DNA of 63,711 bases, filler included, from Pirum gemmata (GCA_002812295.1; 29 parts of 29 records of this genome joined end to end with filler, not necessarily neighbours in it), one strand, 5' to 3'. Positions 13,417 through 26,325 are shown, counted from the first letter of the whole stretch. The notes: a model not told the origin generated them from the sequence alone. Made by a program: numbers and translations.

Positions 13417-14345
13417 ATACGTGAGGTATATTAATACATATACGTGAAATAAAATTTCGAAAAATTAAAAACTTAATTAAAACTATTTATTGTCAGTTTT
13501 CCTCTCGCTCTTTTAATTTGGTACTGTTTAAGTGTTTAATTGAACTCTTTTAAAAAATACAATAGTACTTATAAAATACCAAGATAATTAAAACATGCCT
13601 AACTATAATATTAATTGAGTTATTTTAATTTAGTTTTTGAATCACAATATCAATATGGTAGTTTCAGTTAGCTAGTTTCAGTCCTGTTTCTTGTAAACTC
13701 CAGGTGATGAAAAAAATTTATAATAAAAAAAAAATTATGATAAAAAAAACAAAAAAAAGGGTTAGGGTTAGGGTTAGGGTTAGGGTTAGGGTNNNNNNNN
13801 NNNNNNNNNNNNNNNNNNNNNNNNNNNNNNNNNNNNTTAATTAATTAANNNNNNNNNNNNNNNNNNNNNNNNNNNNNNNNNNNNNNNNNNNNTTATATTG
13901 TATTAATTTGGTACTCTTTATTGTTGTAAGCACTATAAATACTATATATGTAGACTGTATATTGTTGTAAGCACTATAAATACTATATATGTAGACTGTA
14001 TATTTGTTGTAGGATAACTATTCATAAATCCTAAATATAAATAAAAGATAAGAGTGCTTTTCATTTATTTTGTCACCCCGAATATTTATTTGGTTGGTTA
14101 TAATATTTAAATTGAACCACAATATAGTTATTAAAAATAATAATGCGTTATTATAAATAGAAGTAAATATGATAATAACAAATAACAAATATCAATAATA
14201 TATGTCTAGTATTAATATGCTATATATCTATAGTTAGGGTTAGGGTTAGGGTTAGGGTTAGGGTTAGGGTTAGGGTAATATTAATATAAATGTATTATGA
14301 TATACATAATGCATATTATACAGGTCTAGACCACCCACATATATA

Positions 14346-14387
<42 letters not shown>

Positions 14388-14466
14388 GTAATAATAGTAA
14401 TAATAGTAATAATAGTAATAATAATTAATATTAATAATAATAATAATTTAATTAATAATAATAATG

Positions 14467-14499
<33 letters not shown>

Positions 14500-14699
14500 T
14501 ATAGTAATTATATAGTAATAGTAATAGTAATAGTAATAGTAATAGATAGTAATAATAATAGTAATAGTAATAATAATAGTAATGGTAATAGTAATAGTAA
14601 TGGTAATAGTAATATATCGATAATATTATAATAATATTATATACATTATATCTTTGGTTTACAAATTTTAACAAGGGGTTCAAAAGAAATTATTGGTAC

Positions 14700-15269
14700 T
14701 ATTGCTAAAGTACCCAAACTAACCCTAAACCAGACCCCTGTAGGCTGTAGCTCAAGCCCTAACTCTAACCTCTAACCTCTATTAAGCCCTAACCCTAACC
14801 TTAACCCTAACCCAGTCCCAACTAGGATATTAAAAAGTATTATAATACGTATAATGTAATAAAAAAACCCTAGATAAAAAACCAAAAAGGGCTGAAGGTC
14901 ATCTCAACAAATTCTGAACACCACCTCTCTACAGAGGCAGACAGCTGTCGACAAAATCCAACTGCCCAAATTTAAAATATTTATTATTATTATTTATTTA
15001 AAATATTAATAATAACAGCAAAATTTATAAAGTATTATATTTATGTTATTATTACGTACTATATACGTACTATTAAATTATATATAATACTTTTTATTAT
15101 TAAACTAATTGTATGGGACTGGGTTAGGGTTAGGGTTAAGGCTTAATAGAGGTTAGAAGTTGGGGTTAGGGTTAGGGTTAGGGTTAGGGTTAGGGTTAGG
15201 GTTAGGGTTAGGGTTAGGGTTAGGGTTTCAGGGGTCTGGTTTAAGATTAGTTTGGGTACTTTAGCAATA
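14700..15269. repeat. ~570-bp inverted-repeat (foldback) structure whose arms contain telomeric repeats
   Basis: 14700-14740 is the reverse complement of 15229-15269 at 39/41 nt; the inner arms (CTCTATTAAGCC..CCCAGTCCCA / TGGGACTGGG..GGCTTAATAGAG) also pair. Confidence 0.85.
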
Positions 15270-15634
15270 CGCTCAATATATAATAATAATATCCTTTTCG
15301 AATTTCATGATATTTTTTTCTTCTCAGGTTAATATTTTGACTTTTAATTAAATAATACATTCTAGTTTGCATGATATAAAAAATAAAAAAATAAATAAAA
15401 TATTGTACCTTGTTATTTAAAATAACACAAAATAACTAGAATAACTAGTATATAAAGGTAACTTGATGGTGGAGGATCATTGGGTCAATGCAGCATTATT
15501 TACCTAACCCTAACCCTAACCCTAACCCTAACCCTAACCCTAACCCTAATCCTAGTCTAACCCTAATACCATACCCAAATAATAAACTCTTTATAATACC
15601 GGCATTAACTATAGTTTAGTAGCTATATATAACT

Positions 15635-15774
15635 GGAGTGTTCAGATACTACGTAACGCCAATTTCCAGTCAAAATACAGCTTCAAATACCCTACCTACC
15701 CCTCGACGTTAATTTCCAGTCAAACACCACCTACCTACCTACCCCTTGACGTGTCGTATTATTTGAACGCTCTC
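15635..15774. mobile_element. MITE family B copy
   Basis: Homologous to 1589-1737; ends GGAGTGTTCA...TGAACGCTC. Confidence 0.75.
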
Positions 15775-16010
15775 TAAGTCTGTATCTGTTATTTGTTATT
15801 TGTTATTTTGTTATTTTTTGTTATCGTTATAATAAAATTTGTTTTTTTAATTAAAAAATTAAAAAAATTGTTTTTTTATTTATTATTATAACAAATAACA
15901 AATAACAAAANNNNNNNNNNNNNNNNNNNNNNNNNNNNNNNNNNNNNNNNNNNNTTAATTAATTAANNNNNNNNNNNNNNNNNNNNNNNNNNNNNNNNNN
16001 NNNNNNNNNN

Positions 16011-17921
16011 AATAATTATTCATAATTATTATTAAACATGAACAATTAGTTAAAAATATTATTTTTAATTATTATTATTTATTTATATCACTTATAATTA
16101 TATTGGTAGGTATTTAATTAAGTAAACTTTTAAAAGTTTGAATCAAAATTGAGCTCTAACCCATTTGTGGATACTTGTTTTTAATGTTTTGTAAGTACAT
16201 ATTATCATTGTTATTATTATTTATTTATTATTATTATTAAACATGTACAATTAATTAAATGTTGTTATTATTTATTATTACTTATAATAAATTGTTAGGT
16301 ATTTAATTTCAAAAGTAAAACTTTTAAAGTTTTTGAATCAAAATTGACCTCTTTTAATTAAAACCCATTTGTGGATTCTTGCTTTTATTGTTTTGAAGTA
16401 CATTATTATTATTAATAATATTATTATTATTCATTTATTATTAACATTATTAATAATTATTAAATATTATGTATTAATACAATTAATTAATTAAATGTTA
16501 TATTATTATTTATTATTATTCATTGATATCACTTTTAATAATATTGTTAGGGATTTATTAAGTAAAGCTTTTAAAGCTTTTCAATCAAAACTCACCTCTT
16601 AAAACCCATCTGTGGATACTTCCTTTTAATGCTCTGAAGTACATTATTATTATTATTATTATTATTCATTTATTAACATTATTAATAATTATTAAATATT
16701 ATGTACAATTAATTAATAAAATGTTATATTATTATTTATTATTATTCATTAATATCACTTTTAATAGTATTGTTAGGGATTTATTAAGTAAAGCTTGTAA
16801 AGCTTTTCAATCAAAACTCACCTCTTAAAACCCATCTGTGGATACTTTTTTTAATGCTCTGAAGTACATTATTATTATTATTATTATTCATTTAAATTTA
16901 TTATTACTATTTAACATGTATAATACAATTGATTAAATGTGATTACTATTATTTATTATTCATCGATATCACTTATAATAATATTGTTAGGTATTTAATT
17001 AAGTAAAACTTTTAAAGTTTTTAAATCAAAATTGACCTCTTTTACCCTATCTGTGGATATTTGCTTTTAATGTTCCGAAGTACATTATTATTATTAATTA
17101 AATGTTATTTTTATTATTTATTATTCATCGATATCCCTTATAATAATATTGTTAGGTATTTAATTAAGTAAACCTTTTAAAGTTTTTGAATCAAAATTGA
17201 CTTCTTTTAACCTATCTGGGGATACTGGCTTTTTAATGTCCCTAAGTACATTATTATTATTAATTAAATGTTATTATTATTTATTATTCATCAATATCAC
17301 TTATAATAATATTGTTAGATATTTAATTAAGTAAAACTTTTAAAGTTTTTGAATCAAAATTGACCTTTTAACCTATCTGTGGATACTTGCTTTTAATGTT
17401 CCGAAGTACATTATTATTATTAATTAAATGTTATTATTATTATTTATTATTCATCGATATCACTTATAACAATATTGTTAGGTATTTAATTAAGTAAAAC
17501 TTTTAAAGTTTTTGAATCAAAATTGACCTCTTTTAACCCATCTGGGGATACTGGCTTTTAATGTCCCGAAGTACATTAATATTATTATTAATTAAATGTT
17601 ATTATTATTATTTATTATTTATCGATATCACTTATAATAATATTGTTAGGTATTTAATTAAGTAAAACTTTTAAAGTTTTTGAACCAAAATTGACTTCTT
17701 TTAACCCATTTGTGGATACTTGCTTTTAATGTTCAGAAGTACTTGATTCATCTTGTTTACAGCTTCGGTGCTAATTTGTGAAGGAGAGAGATTTTTTTGA
17801 GTATTACAAGTTTCTTGCCCTGATGCATTTGTGGTGCACGTTGTTTTTTGACAATCAAATGTTATTGTTTTTCCAGAAATATTAGGATTACAATTCCAAG
17901 ATGAATTAGATGAAGTTTCTG

Positions 17922-17972
<51 letters not shown>

Positions 17973-18071
17973 TTTATTAACATTATTAATAATTATTAAA
18001 TATTATGTACAATTAATTAATTAAATGTTATATTATTATTTATTATTATTCATTAATATCACTTTTAATAG
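16011..18071. repeat. Tandem array of 9 diverged 160-240 bp units, one carrying a 90-aa ORF
   Basis: Core AATCAAAATTGACCTC..ACCCAT(C/T)TGTGGATACTTGCTTTTAATG..GAAGTAC recurs near 16169, 16373, 16614, 16840, 17055, 17220, 17381, 17546 and 17714. Confidence 0.92.
17701..17973 (-). CDS. Small hypothetical protein (poly-Asn leader, 4-Cys core, C-terminal helix ending KSKYPQMG)
   Basis: 90-aa ORF with a non-repetitive, coding-like core; no family recognised. Confidence 0.55.
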
Positions 18072-18890
18072 NNNNNNNNNNNNNNNNNNNNNNNNNNNNN
18101 NNNNNNNNNNNNNNNTTAATTAATTAANNNNNNNNNNNNNNNNNNNNNNNNNNNNNNNNNNNNNNNNNNNNTAATATTATTATTATTATTATTATTCATT
18201 ATTAATTATTATCATTATCGACATCATTATCATTATTTATAATAATATAATAATAAGCATGTATTAATAATAATAAATAATATGATTTTTATTAATGTTT
18301 CATTCTGTGTTTTTCATTTATGTTTAATTTCGAATCTACGTATTTTAATATACGATTATGACAATCTTACTATTATAATATAATAATTACATATAATATT
18401 ACAATAATATTAATATAATATATGAATTTTAATTAAAGGTTGCAAATGGTTTGGGTTACCAATAATTTCTTTTATATCATACCCCCCCCGTTCATACAAA
18501 ATTGAATCGTAAAATCAATAATTAGCATTTTATTTTATTATTAATAATTATAAATAGCTAGTCTTAAGCCTGTGTTATAGTCATAAAAATATCTTTGTTT
18601 AATATTATACTCTATATAATAGTGAAGTATATAACAAAAAATATAAAACATTTAAAAGTATATGATTAATAATAATTATGTATGTTATTTTGAACTCTTG
18701 ACTAGTACTAGAACAAGAATATTTTTAAGTTAAAAACCAGCATAACAACAAAACAACAACAACAACAACAATAGTAACGTTAGCAAATTCAACTAAATAC
18801 ACAAAAACAAACCAAAATCAAAACCAAAGCCAAAACCAAAACCAAAACCAAAACCAAAACCAAAACCAAAAAGTACCAACACCAAAAGAA

Positions 18891-18952
<62 letters not shown>

Positions 18953-19863
18953 NNNNNNNNNNNNNNNNNNNNNNNNNNNNNNNNNNNNNNNNNNNNNNNN
19001 NNNNNNNNNNNNNNNNNNNNNNNNNNNNNNNNNNNNNNNNNNNNNNNNNNNNNNNNNNNNNNNNNNNNNNNNNNNNNNNNNNNNNNNNNNNNNNNNNNNN
19101 NNNNNNNNNNNNNNNNNNNNNNNNNNNNNNNNNNNNNNNNNNNNNNNNNNNNNNNNNNNNNNNNACGACAACAACAACAGCTACAAACAGAAAAAAAAAA
19201 AAAAAAAAAAAATGAACAGCAACCAGCTAGCTATACTGCATCTAGCTCTAGCTAGCTATCGATAGCTAGCTACTAGCTACTAGAGAGTTCTGCTACTACT
19301 ACGCCAGCTAGCCAGCTATCATGGCTAGCTGGGATATATCATACTAGCTAGAGAGTAAAAAATTAATAATAATAACAATTAGGCATGTTATAAAATCCAA
19401 AAACTATCCAAATTGTTGATATTTTATATATATATAAAATAATTGGTATGCTATAATATAATTATTAAAAAAAGCAAACTTTATTAATAAATCTTCACTC
19501 AATTATTTTCGCTCCAAAAAAAAACTGAAAAAAAAAAAGTATATAAAAGCTGAACTTTTTAAAGTTATTTTTTTTATCAAATTCTAGAAAATTATTTTTT
19601 CTTGCACAGGTATTCGACTATTTTACACTATGCTTTTGATCTTATTTTAAAAAACTTTTGTTTAGCCTTTTGTTTGTTTTGTTTGTTTTGTTTGTTTTGT
19701 TTGTTTCTTTGTTGTTGTTGTTGTGGTGGTGTGTTTTGTTTTTTTTTGTTTTTTTTTGTTTTTTGTTTGGTATTATTATGTTTTTGGTTGTTCTTATAAA
19801 ATTAGGCTTTGGAAAGCTTTTGTTCTATAATTATTATTAATATTTATTATTATTATTATTATT

Positions 19864-19907
<44 letters not shown>

Positions 19908-19987
19908 GTTTAGGTTACAATCAATCAATCAATCAAAAAAACTAGAAATTAAATTCAAAAAGTGAAAAACGATAAACAAACGTAAAG

Positions 19988-20157
19988 ATGTCTACAGAAC
20001 ACACAAACAATTCAATGGCGTGCAAAGGAGAAGTGGAAGTCCCAGCCTCTTTCACCGGGGCTGAAAAGGTGCCTGCTAAAGTTTTCGATCAACCTGAGGA
20101 CGCCAGTTTTTACGTTGCTGAACTGATCAGTGCGGAAATCTTGAAGCATCAAGAACT
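19988..20157 (+). CDS. First coding exon of a probable glucosamine-6-phosphate deaminase (long NagB-like form)
   Basis: ATG...CT|GTAAGT; MSTEHTNNSMACKGEVEVPASFTGAEKVPAKVFDQPEDASFYVAELISAEILKHQEL resembles the EKIP..F....AS..VA..IA..I segment preceding LGLATG in long NagB proteins; catalytic part not in the contig. Confidence 0.6.
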
Positions 20158-20424
20158 GTAAGTGCCCTTTTCAATTTTGATTTTATTTAATCGCCTCAAA
20201 ACAAATAATAGAATACTAATATATATGTATATNNNNNNNNNNNNNNNNNNNNNNNNNNNNNNNNNNNNNNNNNNNNTTAATTAATTAANNNNNNNNNNNN
20301 NNNNNNNNNNNNNNNNNNNNNNNNNNNNNNNNGCGTGGGAGTCTAATCTTTCGCAAATTTCATGTGATGTTTTTTTACATTTAGTTGCCAATGGTAGTTG
20401 TCTTTAACTGTCATATTTGATCTG

Positions 20425-20484
<60 letters not shown>

Positions 20485-20663
20485 AAAATTAGAAAAAAGC
20501 TCGAACAAAAAATTAATTTTTCAAATTTGGTTTTTTTTGTTTATTGTATACCGGGTATAAGTGCTGTTCGAACGAACGAGCCCATCTTGTTTTTTTTAAA
20601 AATAGTAAACCCTAAATAAAGTTTCATAAAAATCTTGTTCTAATTAGAACTATAATTAGGCTA

Positions 20664-20890
20664 AGGGGTGAGATATCTACTGGAACTTTTTTCGAACAGA
20701 TACTTTAAAAAAAAGCAGATACTTATCGAGGCAAACTTAGTTCCGTATTCTTTACTAATAATAGCAGTTAAATAGCTTATAATAGTAAATCTAATTAATA
20801 AAGTTACCAAATAAATTAATAATATTAACATTAATAGTAATAAACACCATAAAAATAGGAAAAGTTCCGGTAGGTGTTCGGTAATAACAA
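20664..20890. mobile_element. MITE family C, partial copy
   Basis: AGGGGTGAGATATCTACTGGAAC... homologous to 29435-29664. Confidence 0.75.
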
Positions 20891-22648
20891 CACTATTTAA
20901 AAAAAATTACTATTTTTTAATACTTTTTAATTAATTAACATTACTAGTACTACTATTTCTATTACTATTACCGTTTACTATTACTATTACTATTATAATT
21001 ACTATTACTATTACTACTATTACTATCACTATCACCAGTGCTATTAATATTATAATTACTTTTACTATAAATGTTACTAGTACTATTACTATACAATATG
21101 TATTATTAATATTACTATATTATTACATTACTATAACTATATTATAACTATAACTATAACTATTACTATTTTACTATTACTATTATTAATACTAGTACTA
21201 CTATTACTACAACTATATATCTAATTACATATTATATATATTTACTCCATATATAATTAAAATCTAAAGATACATTTGGAATAGGTGTTTTGAGGTATTT
21301 TATAAATTTGTGATCATTATTGTTATATAACTATTGTTATTCTAAGTTCACAAATACCAGTATTACTATTACATAATATTATTTTCTCTAACCACTGATC
21401 TTTCTTGAGTTTAATAACTGTTTAATTATAATAATATGGCATTGTGTTATTAATTAAAATATTTTTTAAAATATTGTTAATAATTATAAATTTATATAAA
21501 GTACTTAAAAAATATTTTTTAAAAATTGATACAATTGTAATTTGTAAATATTATGTGAAATTGTCTTTCTTGGTAGGGACTAGGTGAAGTATAAGATAGC
21601 TAATCACACCTAACCCTAACCCTAACCCTCTAGCTAGACTAATCACATTATACCAATCATTTTCGAAAATCAACTAACAAAAACCAATTAAAAAGTAAAG
21701 TTTTTTAAAAGGTGGCTCGAAAATTTTGAGCCAATGCTGGCAATACAATTATTATTATTCAAGCCTCCCTTCGAAGTTCGAATAGGGTAGAATTATTTCA
21801 GTTGTTATTTTTTTAACACATAGCTTTATGCTTTCAGACTTTCAGTAAAAATCTATCATTTATTATAAATTAAAAAGGCTATAATCTATAATATATCGAT
21901 ATTTAATAGTATATATATTACCAGCTATCGATATATAAAATAAATGTATGTATAATAATAGCCCCAACCTTATCCCTAACCCTGACCCAGACCTCTACCC
22001 CTTTAGAATAACCCCAATAACCCTCAGCCCTAACCAATTCTAATAACTTTTAAAAATACTAATCCCACTAAACAACCCTAACCCTAATACCTAATACCCA
22101 TAATTCTACCCCTAACCCTGCATTTGAATTTCTTTGAAAATTTCTTATTAATTAATTTTACCCATTTTGTACTGGTGTTGCTATATAGTGCTATATATCA
22201 TAAGATCATAATATGATATTATTTATCTGAGCCCGATAGCTAGGCCCGATAGACTATTACACACTATCATAAATCATAGCGATACTAGACTACGATACTA
22301 GCTAAGAGATCTTTTCCCATCAAAAATCCAAAAAATCTCAAAATGATCCAATTTTAATAAAAGTACTACCAAATTTTGAGAAATCATTTGACTNNNNNNN
22401 NNNNNNNNNNNNNNNNNNNNNNNNNNNNNNNNNNNNNTTAATTAATTAANNNNNNNNNNNNNNNNNNNNNNNNNNNNNNNNNNNNNNNNNNNNAAAAAAA
22501 AAAAAAAAAAAAAAAAATTACTAACAGCTGTTTCATTGGTATGTGTATTATAAATAATTATTACATTGGACAAAAAAAAGAAAACCTTTATAGTAACAGT
22601 AACTGTTATAGTAGTGTTATAGTTATAATATAGTTATAGTTATAATAG

Positions 22649-22876
22649 CAGGGGTGAGATGACGTCATTATATTATTACTGAACAGCTGCCAGAACTTTT
22701 CCAATTTTATGGTTTTATTGCTATTAATGTTAGCATTCTTACTTTAATTGGTATCTACTATAATTAGATTTACTATTTTAAGCTATTTAACTGCTATTAT
22801 TAGTAAAGAACAAGGAACTAAGGTTGGCTCGATAAGCATTTGTTTGAAAAAAGTTCCAGTAGATATCTCACCCCTA
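22649..22876. mobile_element. MITE family C full copy (TIR (C/T)AGGGGTGAGAT), hAT-like
   Basis: CAGGGGTGAGAT...ATCTCACCCCTA; reverse complement of the 29435 copy. Confidence 0.8.
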
Positions 22877-22992
22877 CTTATAATATGCATATTTGAAATT
22901 CTTTTTTGGTTCCTTTTTCACATTTTTAACCAACCATGGAGTAGTCATGGACTCATGGAGTCCAAAGGAATTTTTTTTAGTATCGGAGGCTT

Positions 22993-23140
22993 GGGAGGTT
23001 CAAATAATACGTCACGTCAAGGGGTAGGTAGATAGATTGAAAATTAACGTCGAGGGGTAGGTAGATAGGGATATTTGAAAGTCAGATTTTGAAGTTGTAT
23101 TTGACCAGAAATTGGCGTTTCGTAGTATTTGAACGCACCC
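22993..23140. mobile_element. MITE family B copy (inverted)
   Basis: GGGAGGTTCAAATAATACG...CGTAGTATTTGAACGCACCC. Confidence 0.75.
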
Positions 23141-23529
23141 TATTCGTTAAAAATTGTTAAAAAATTTTAAAAAGTAGTTTTTTTTTTTAAAAAAAAGTTC
23201 GTTATGGAGCCTTCTAGCCCTATCAGACTTGTGTTGTTGATTCCAGTAACCCATATTAGTCTATATTATCGTCTTACTATTCAGTTATTCAGAACTTATT
23301 CTACATTAGTATACTTAAAAACCAATAATAATCTTTTATTTATTTATTTTATTTATTTATTTACTATCAAGTGCTTTTAGAAGCCAATGGTAGGCTCATA
23401 TCAAGATTTATTTTTTATCTACCTATTAGAGTCTAACTAGCTAGTATTAGTTATGGATATCTTAGTTAGACTTACAGAGACTAGGGTTAGGGACTGTTAG
23501 GGTTAATTAATTATTAAGGGTTAGGATCT

Positions 23530-24049
23530 ATAGTCTATCTATGATCATACCTAGCTTAGGGGTTAGGGTTAGGGTTAGGGTTAGGGTTAGGGGTTAGGGG
23601 TTAGGGTTAGGGTTAGGTTAGGGTTAGGGTTAGGTTAGGGTTAGGGTTAGGGTTTGTGTATATTATGCTGGTTGTTTGTTGGTTTGTTGTTTGTTGGTTT
23701 GTTGTTTGTTGGTTTGTTGTTTGTTGGTTTGTTGTTTGTTTGTTGGTTTGTTGTTTGTTGGTTTGTTGTTTGTTGGTTTAAATTTGTTGGGATGTTGGTT
23801 TGCTGATTTGGTTGTTGGTTTGTTGTTTGTTGTTTGTTGGTTTATTGTTTGTTGTTGGTTGGTTGGTTGGTTGGTTGGTCGGTTGGTTAACGTTGTTGCT
23901 GTTTGTTGTTTGTTTTTTTAAAAGTATTATTATTATTATTATTATAATATATATTAGTATTACGGTTTTGACAGGTGTGGCCTAACCCCTAACCCTAACC
24001 CTAACCCTAACCCTAACCCCTAAGCAAGGTATTATCATAGATAGACTAT
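23530..24049. repeat. Inverted repeat with inner telomeric arms around a (GTT/GTTT)n core
   Basis: ATAGTCTATCTATGATCATACCTAGCTTAGGGG(TTAGGG)n pairs with (CCCTAA)nCCCCTAAGCAAGGTATTATCATAGATAGACTAT. Confidence 0.8.
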
Positions 24050-25251
24050 GATATGGATAAGAGTATAGACTACCCTCGATTTCAGAGCTATTTATAGCTC
24101 TAGTAGTGTATTTACTGTGCAATGTGTGCAATGTGCATTAGTGTGTATTTTAATTAATTTTAAAAAAGTGTATTTTATTCAATTTGACTATCATATAAAA
24201 ATAAATACTTGATAGTAGAAAAAAAGAATTAGCCAATTAGTGGCTCTCAAGTGGTCAAGAAGAAATGGTAGTTTTTCGATCAACCAATACAGGATTCCCC
24301 AATTCTACCAAGAAACCCACTAAACGAAACCCAAAATATCAAACTTTATTTTCAAATCTATGTAATAATTAAGCTCGATCGACATTGTGCACTGCTCACC
24401 ATTTTTTTTTTTTTTTTACTTTCAGCCCAAAATGATGTTTAAAAATCGAGATTTTCGAGTCTATATATATTAATTAATAAGTTCGAAATGTTCAAGTTTA
24501 CAATTAAGTNNNNNNNNNNNNNNNNNNNNNNNNNNNNNNNNNNNNNNNNNNNNTTAATTAATTAANNNNNNNNNNNNNNNNNNNNNNNNNNNNNNNNNNN
24601 NNNNNNNNNATTATTATTATTATTATTATTAATTACAAATTAATAAATAGTATATTTCTATTAATATATAATATATATATTATAACGAAAATAATCCCAA
24701 TCTTAATCTTTTAACCCGCTAATCCTAATCCAAATCCTAATCCTAATGCTACCCTAACTTTAAACCCTAACCCCCAAACCCTAACCCACAAACCCTAACC
24801 CTAAATATAACTCTTACCTTAACCCTTGCCCTAACCCTAACTAGTACTAACCCAGTCCCTAACACCAACAGCTTCATAGCCGGCAACTACCACATCGTTA
24901 TTTTGAAATACCTGTATGGGAAGAAGAGCCTTGTATTACATCAATATTCAAGTATTATAACATCATATTATTATAATACATTTCGATAATAGTAATATAT
25001 GCATAAAATAGTTAATGAAACATCTAGTTACTATTTCGTTTATTTTTGTAAATTTTCTTTAATTATTAATAAAATATCTAGTTACTATTTTATTTATTTT
25101 TTTGTAAATTTTCTCTTCACAAAAGCGCCGTGTTTAAATACACAGAACGCTAAAAAATATAACAATACATATTATTGGAAATTTAAAAAAATGGTTCCTT
25201 TATCCTAAGCAATATGAACCATAAAATGTATATTACACATAAATTAAAATT

Positions 25252-26325
25252 TTAGTTTTCTTCACACATTCTCAAAACAACTCTACCCTTGATACCTTTT
25301 CTTAATTCTTCTACAATAGTGTTAATTTCACATAATGGTCTTTCTTGTAAAGTACATTCAATACCAAAATCAGCAGCAATAGTTAAAGCTTCATTCAAAT
25401 CTTGTACAGTACCAACAATGGATCCACGTACGGTTTTACGGTGCAAGATCCAAGTAAAGATATCAACTTTAAAGTCACCAGGTGGAAGACCAACACCAAC
25501 ACATGTACCGTAAGGTCTCAACATGTCTACACCGTCACGGAATAATTGGTTAACTGGAGCCAAAACTACTGTACCGTGTGAACCTTTTCCCTCACAAGCT
25601 TCTTTAACAGCAGCAACAGTTTCTTCAGAAGTTTTCCCCTTGGAGTTAACAAAGGCTCTGCAACCTAAAGTGTTCAAAGCGTAGTCTCTCTTTTCGTCTC
25701 CATAATCAATAGCACATACATTCATACCCATAGCTTTGGCGTATTGACAAGCTACGTGACCTAAACCACCAGTAGCACCAATAATAGCTACCCATTGACC
25801 AGGTTTAACTTCAGTTTCTTTCAAAGCCTTGTAAGTAGTAACACCAGCACATAGAATTGGTGCAGCTTGGGCAAAGGATAGTTTTTCTGGAATTTTACCA
25901 ACGTATTTTTCTTTGGCAACAGTATATTCAGCAAAACAACCATCAGAGAAAAAGCCAGTTTGGTGTTGTTCACCACAAACAGCTTCTCTTCCAGTAATAC
26001 AATATTCGCATTTTCCGCAAGAATCGTGCATCCAAGCATGTCCAACTCTGTCACCAACTTTCAAGGAAGTGACTCCAGGACCAACTTTGGCAACAACACC
26101 AGCACCTTCGTGTCCTGGAATAACTGGAAGTTTAGAAACAACGTGCCAATCACCATCTCTAACATGGATATCAGTGTGACAAACACCGGAAGCGATAACT
26201 TTGATTAAAACTTCTCCAGCTTCAGGTTCTGGAACAGGTACCTCTTTCAAAACCATGTCCTTATCGTGCTCAACAACAACAGCTGCTTGCATTGTTTTAG
26301 GGATTTCCATGGTCATTTGAGTCAT
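25252..26325 (-). CDS. ADH: Zinc-dependent NAD alcohol dehydrogenase (MDR family, Adh1/AdhP type), intronless
   Basis: GVCHTD, GHEGAG, structural Zn cluster CGKCEYC..C, APILCAGVTTYKAL, GATGGLG, RGSIVG, GRVVL. Confidence 0.97.
   Translation of the reverse strand: MTQMTMEIPKTMQAAVVVEHDKDMVLKEVPVPEPEAGEVLIKVIASGVCHTDIHVRDGDWHVVSKLPVIPGHEGAGVVAKVGPGVTSLKVGDRVGHAWMHDSCGKCEYCITGREAVCGEQHQTGFFSDGCFAEYTVAKEKYVGKIPEKLSFAQAAPILCAGVTTYKALKETEVKPGQWVAIIGATGGLGHVACQYAKAMGMNVCAIDYGDEKRDYALNTLGCRAFVNSKGKTSEETVAAVKEACEGKGSHGTVVLAPVNQLFRDGVDMLRPYGTCVGVGLPPGDFKVDIFTWILHRKTVRGSIVGTVQDLNEALTIAADFGIECTLQERPLCEINTIVEELRKGIKGRVVLRMCEEN

Noticed and set aside
16011..18071. CRISPR-like array
   Set aside because: Units are homologous along their full length with no unique spacers, the context is eukaryotic, and there are no cas genes
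22748..23035. 95-aa ORF (and the related 29322-29528 ORF)
   Set aside because: Lies across MITE families C and B; chance frames in non-coding repeats
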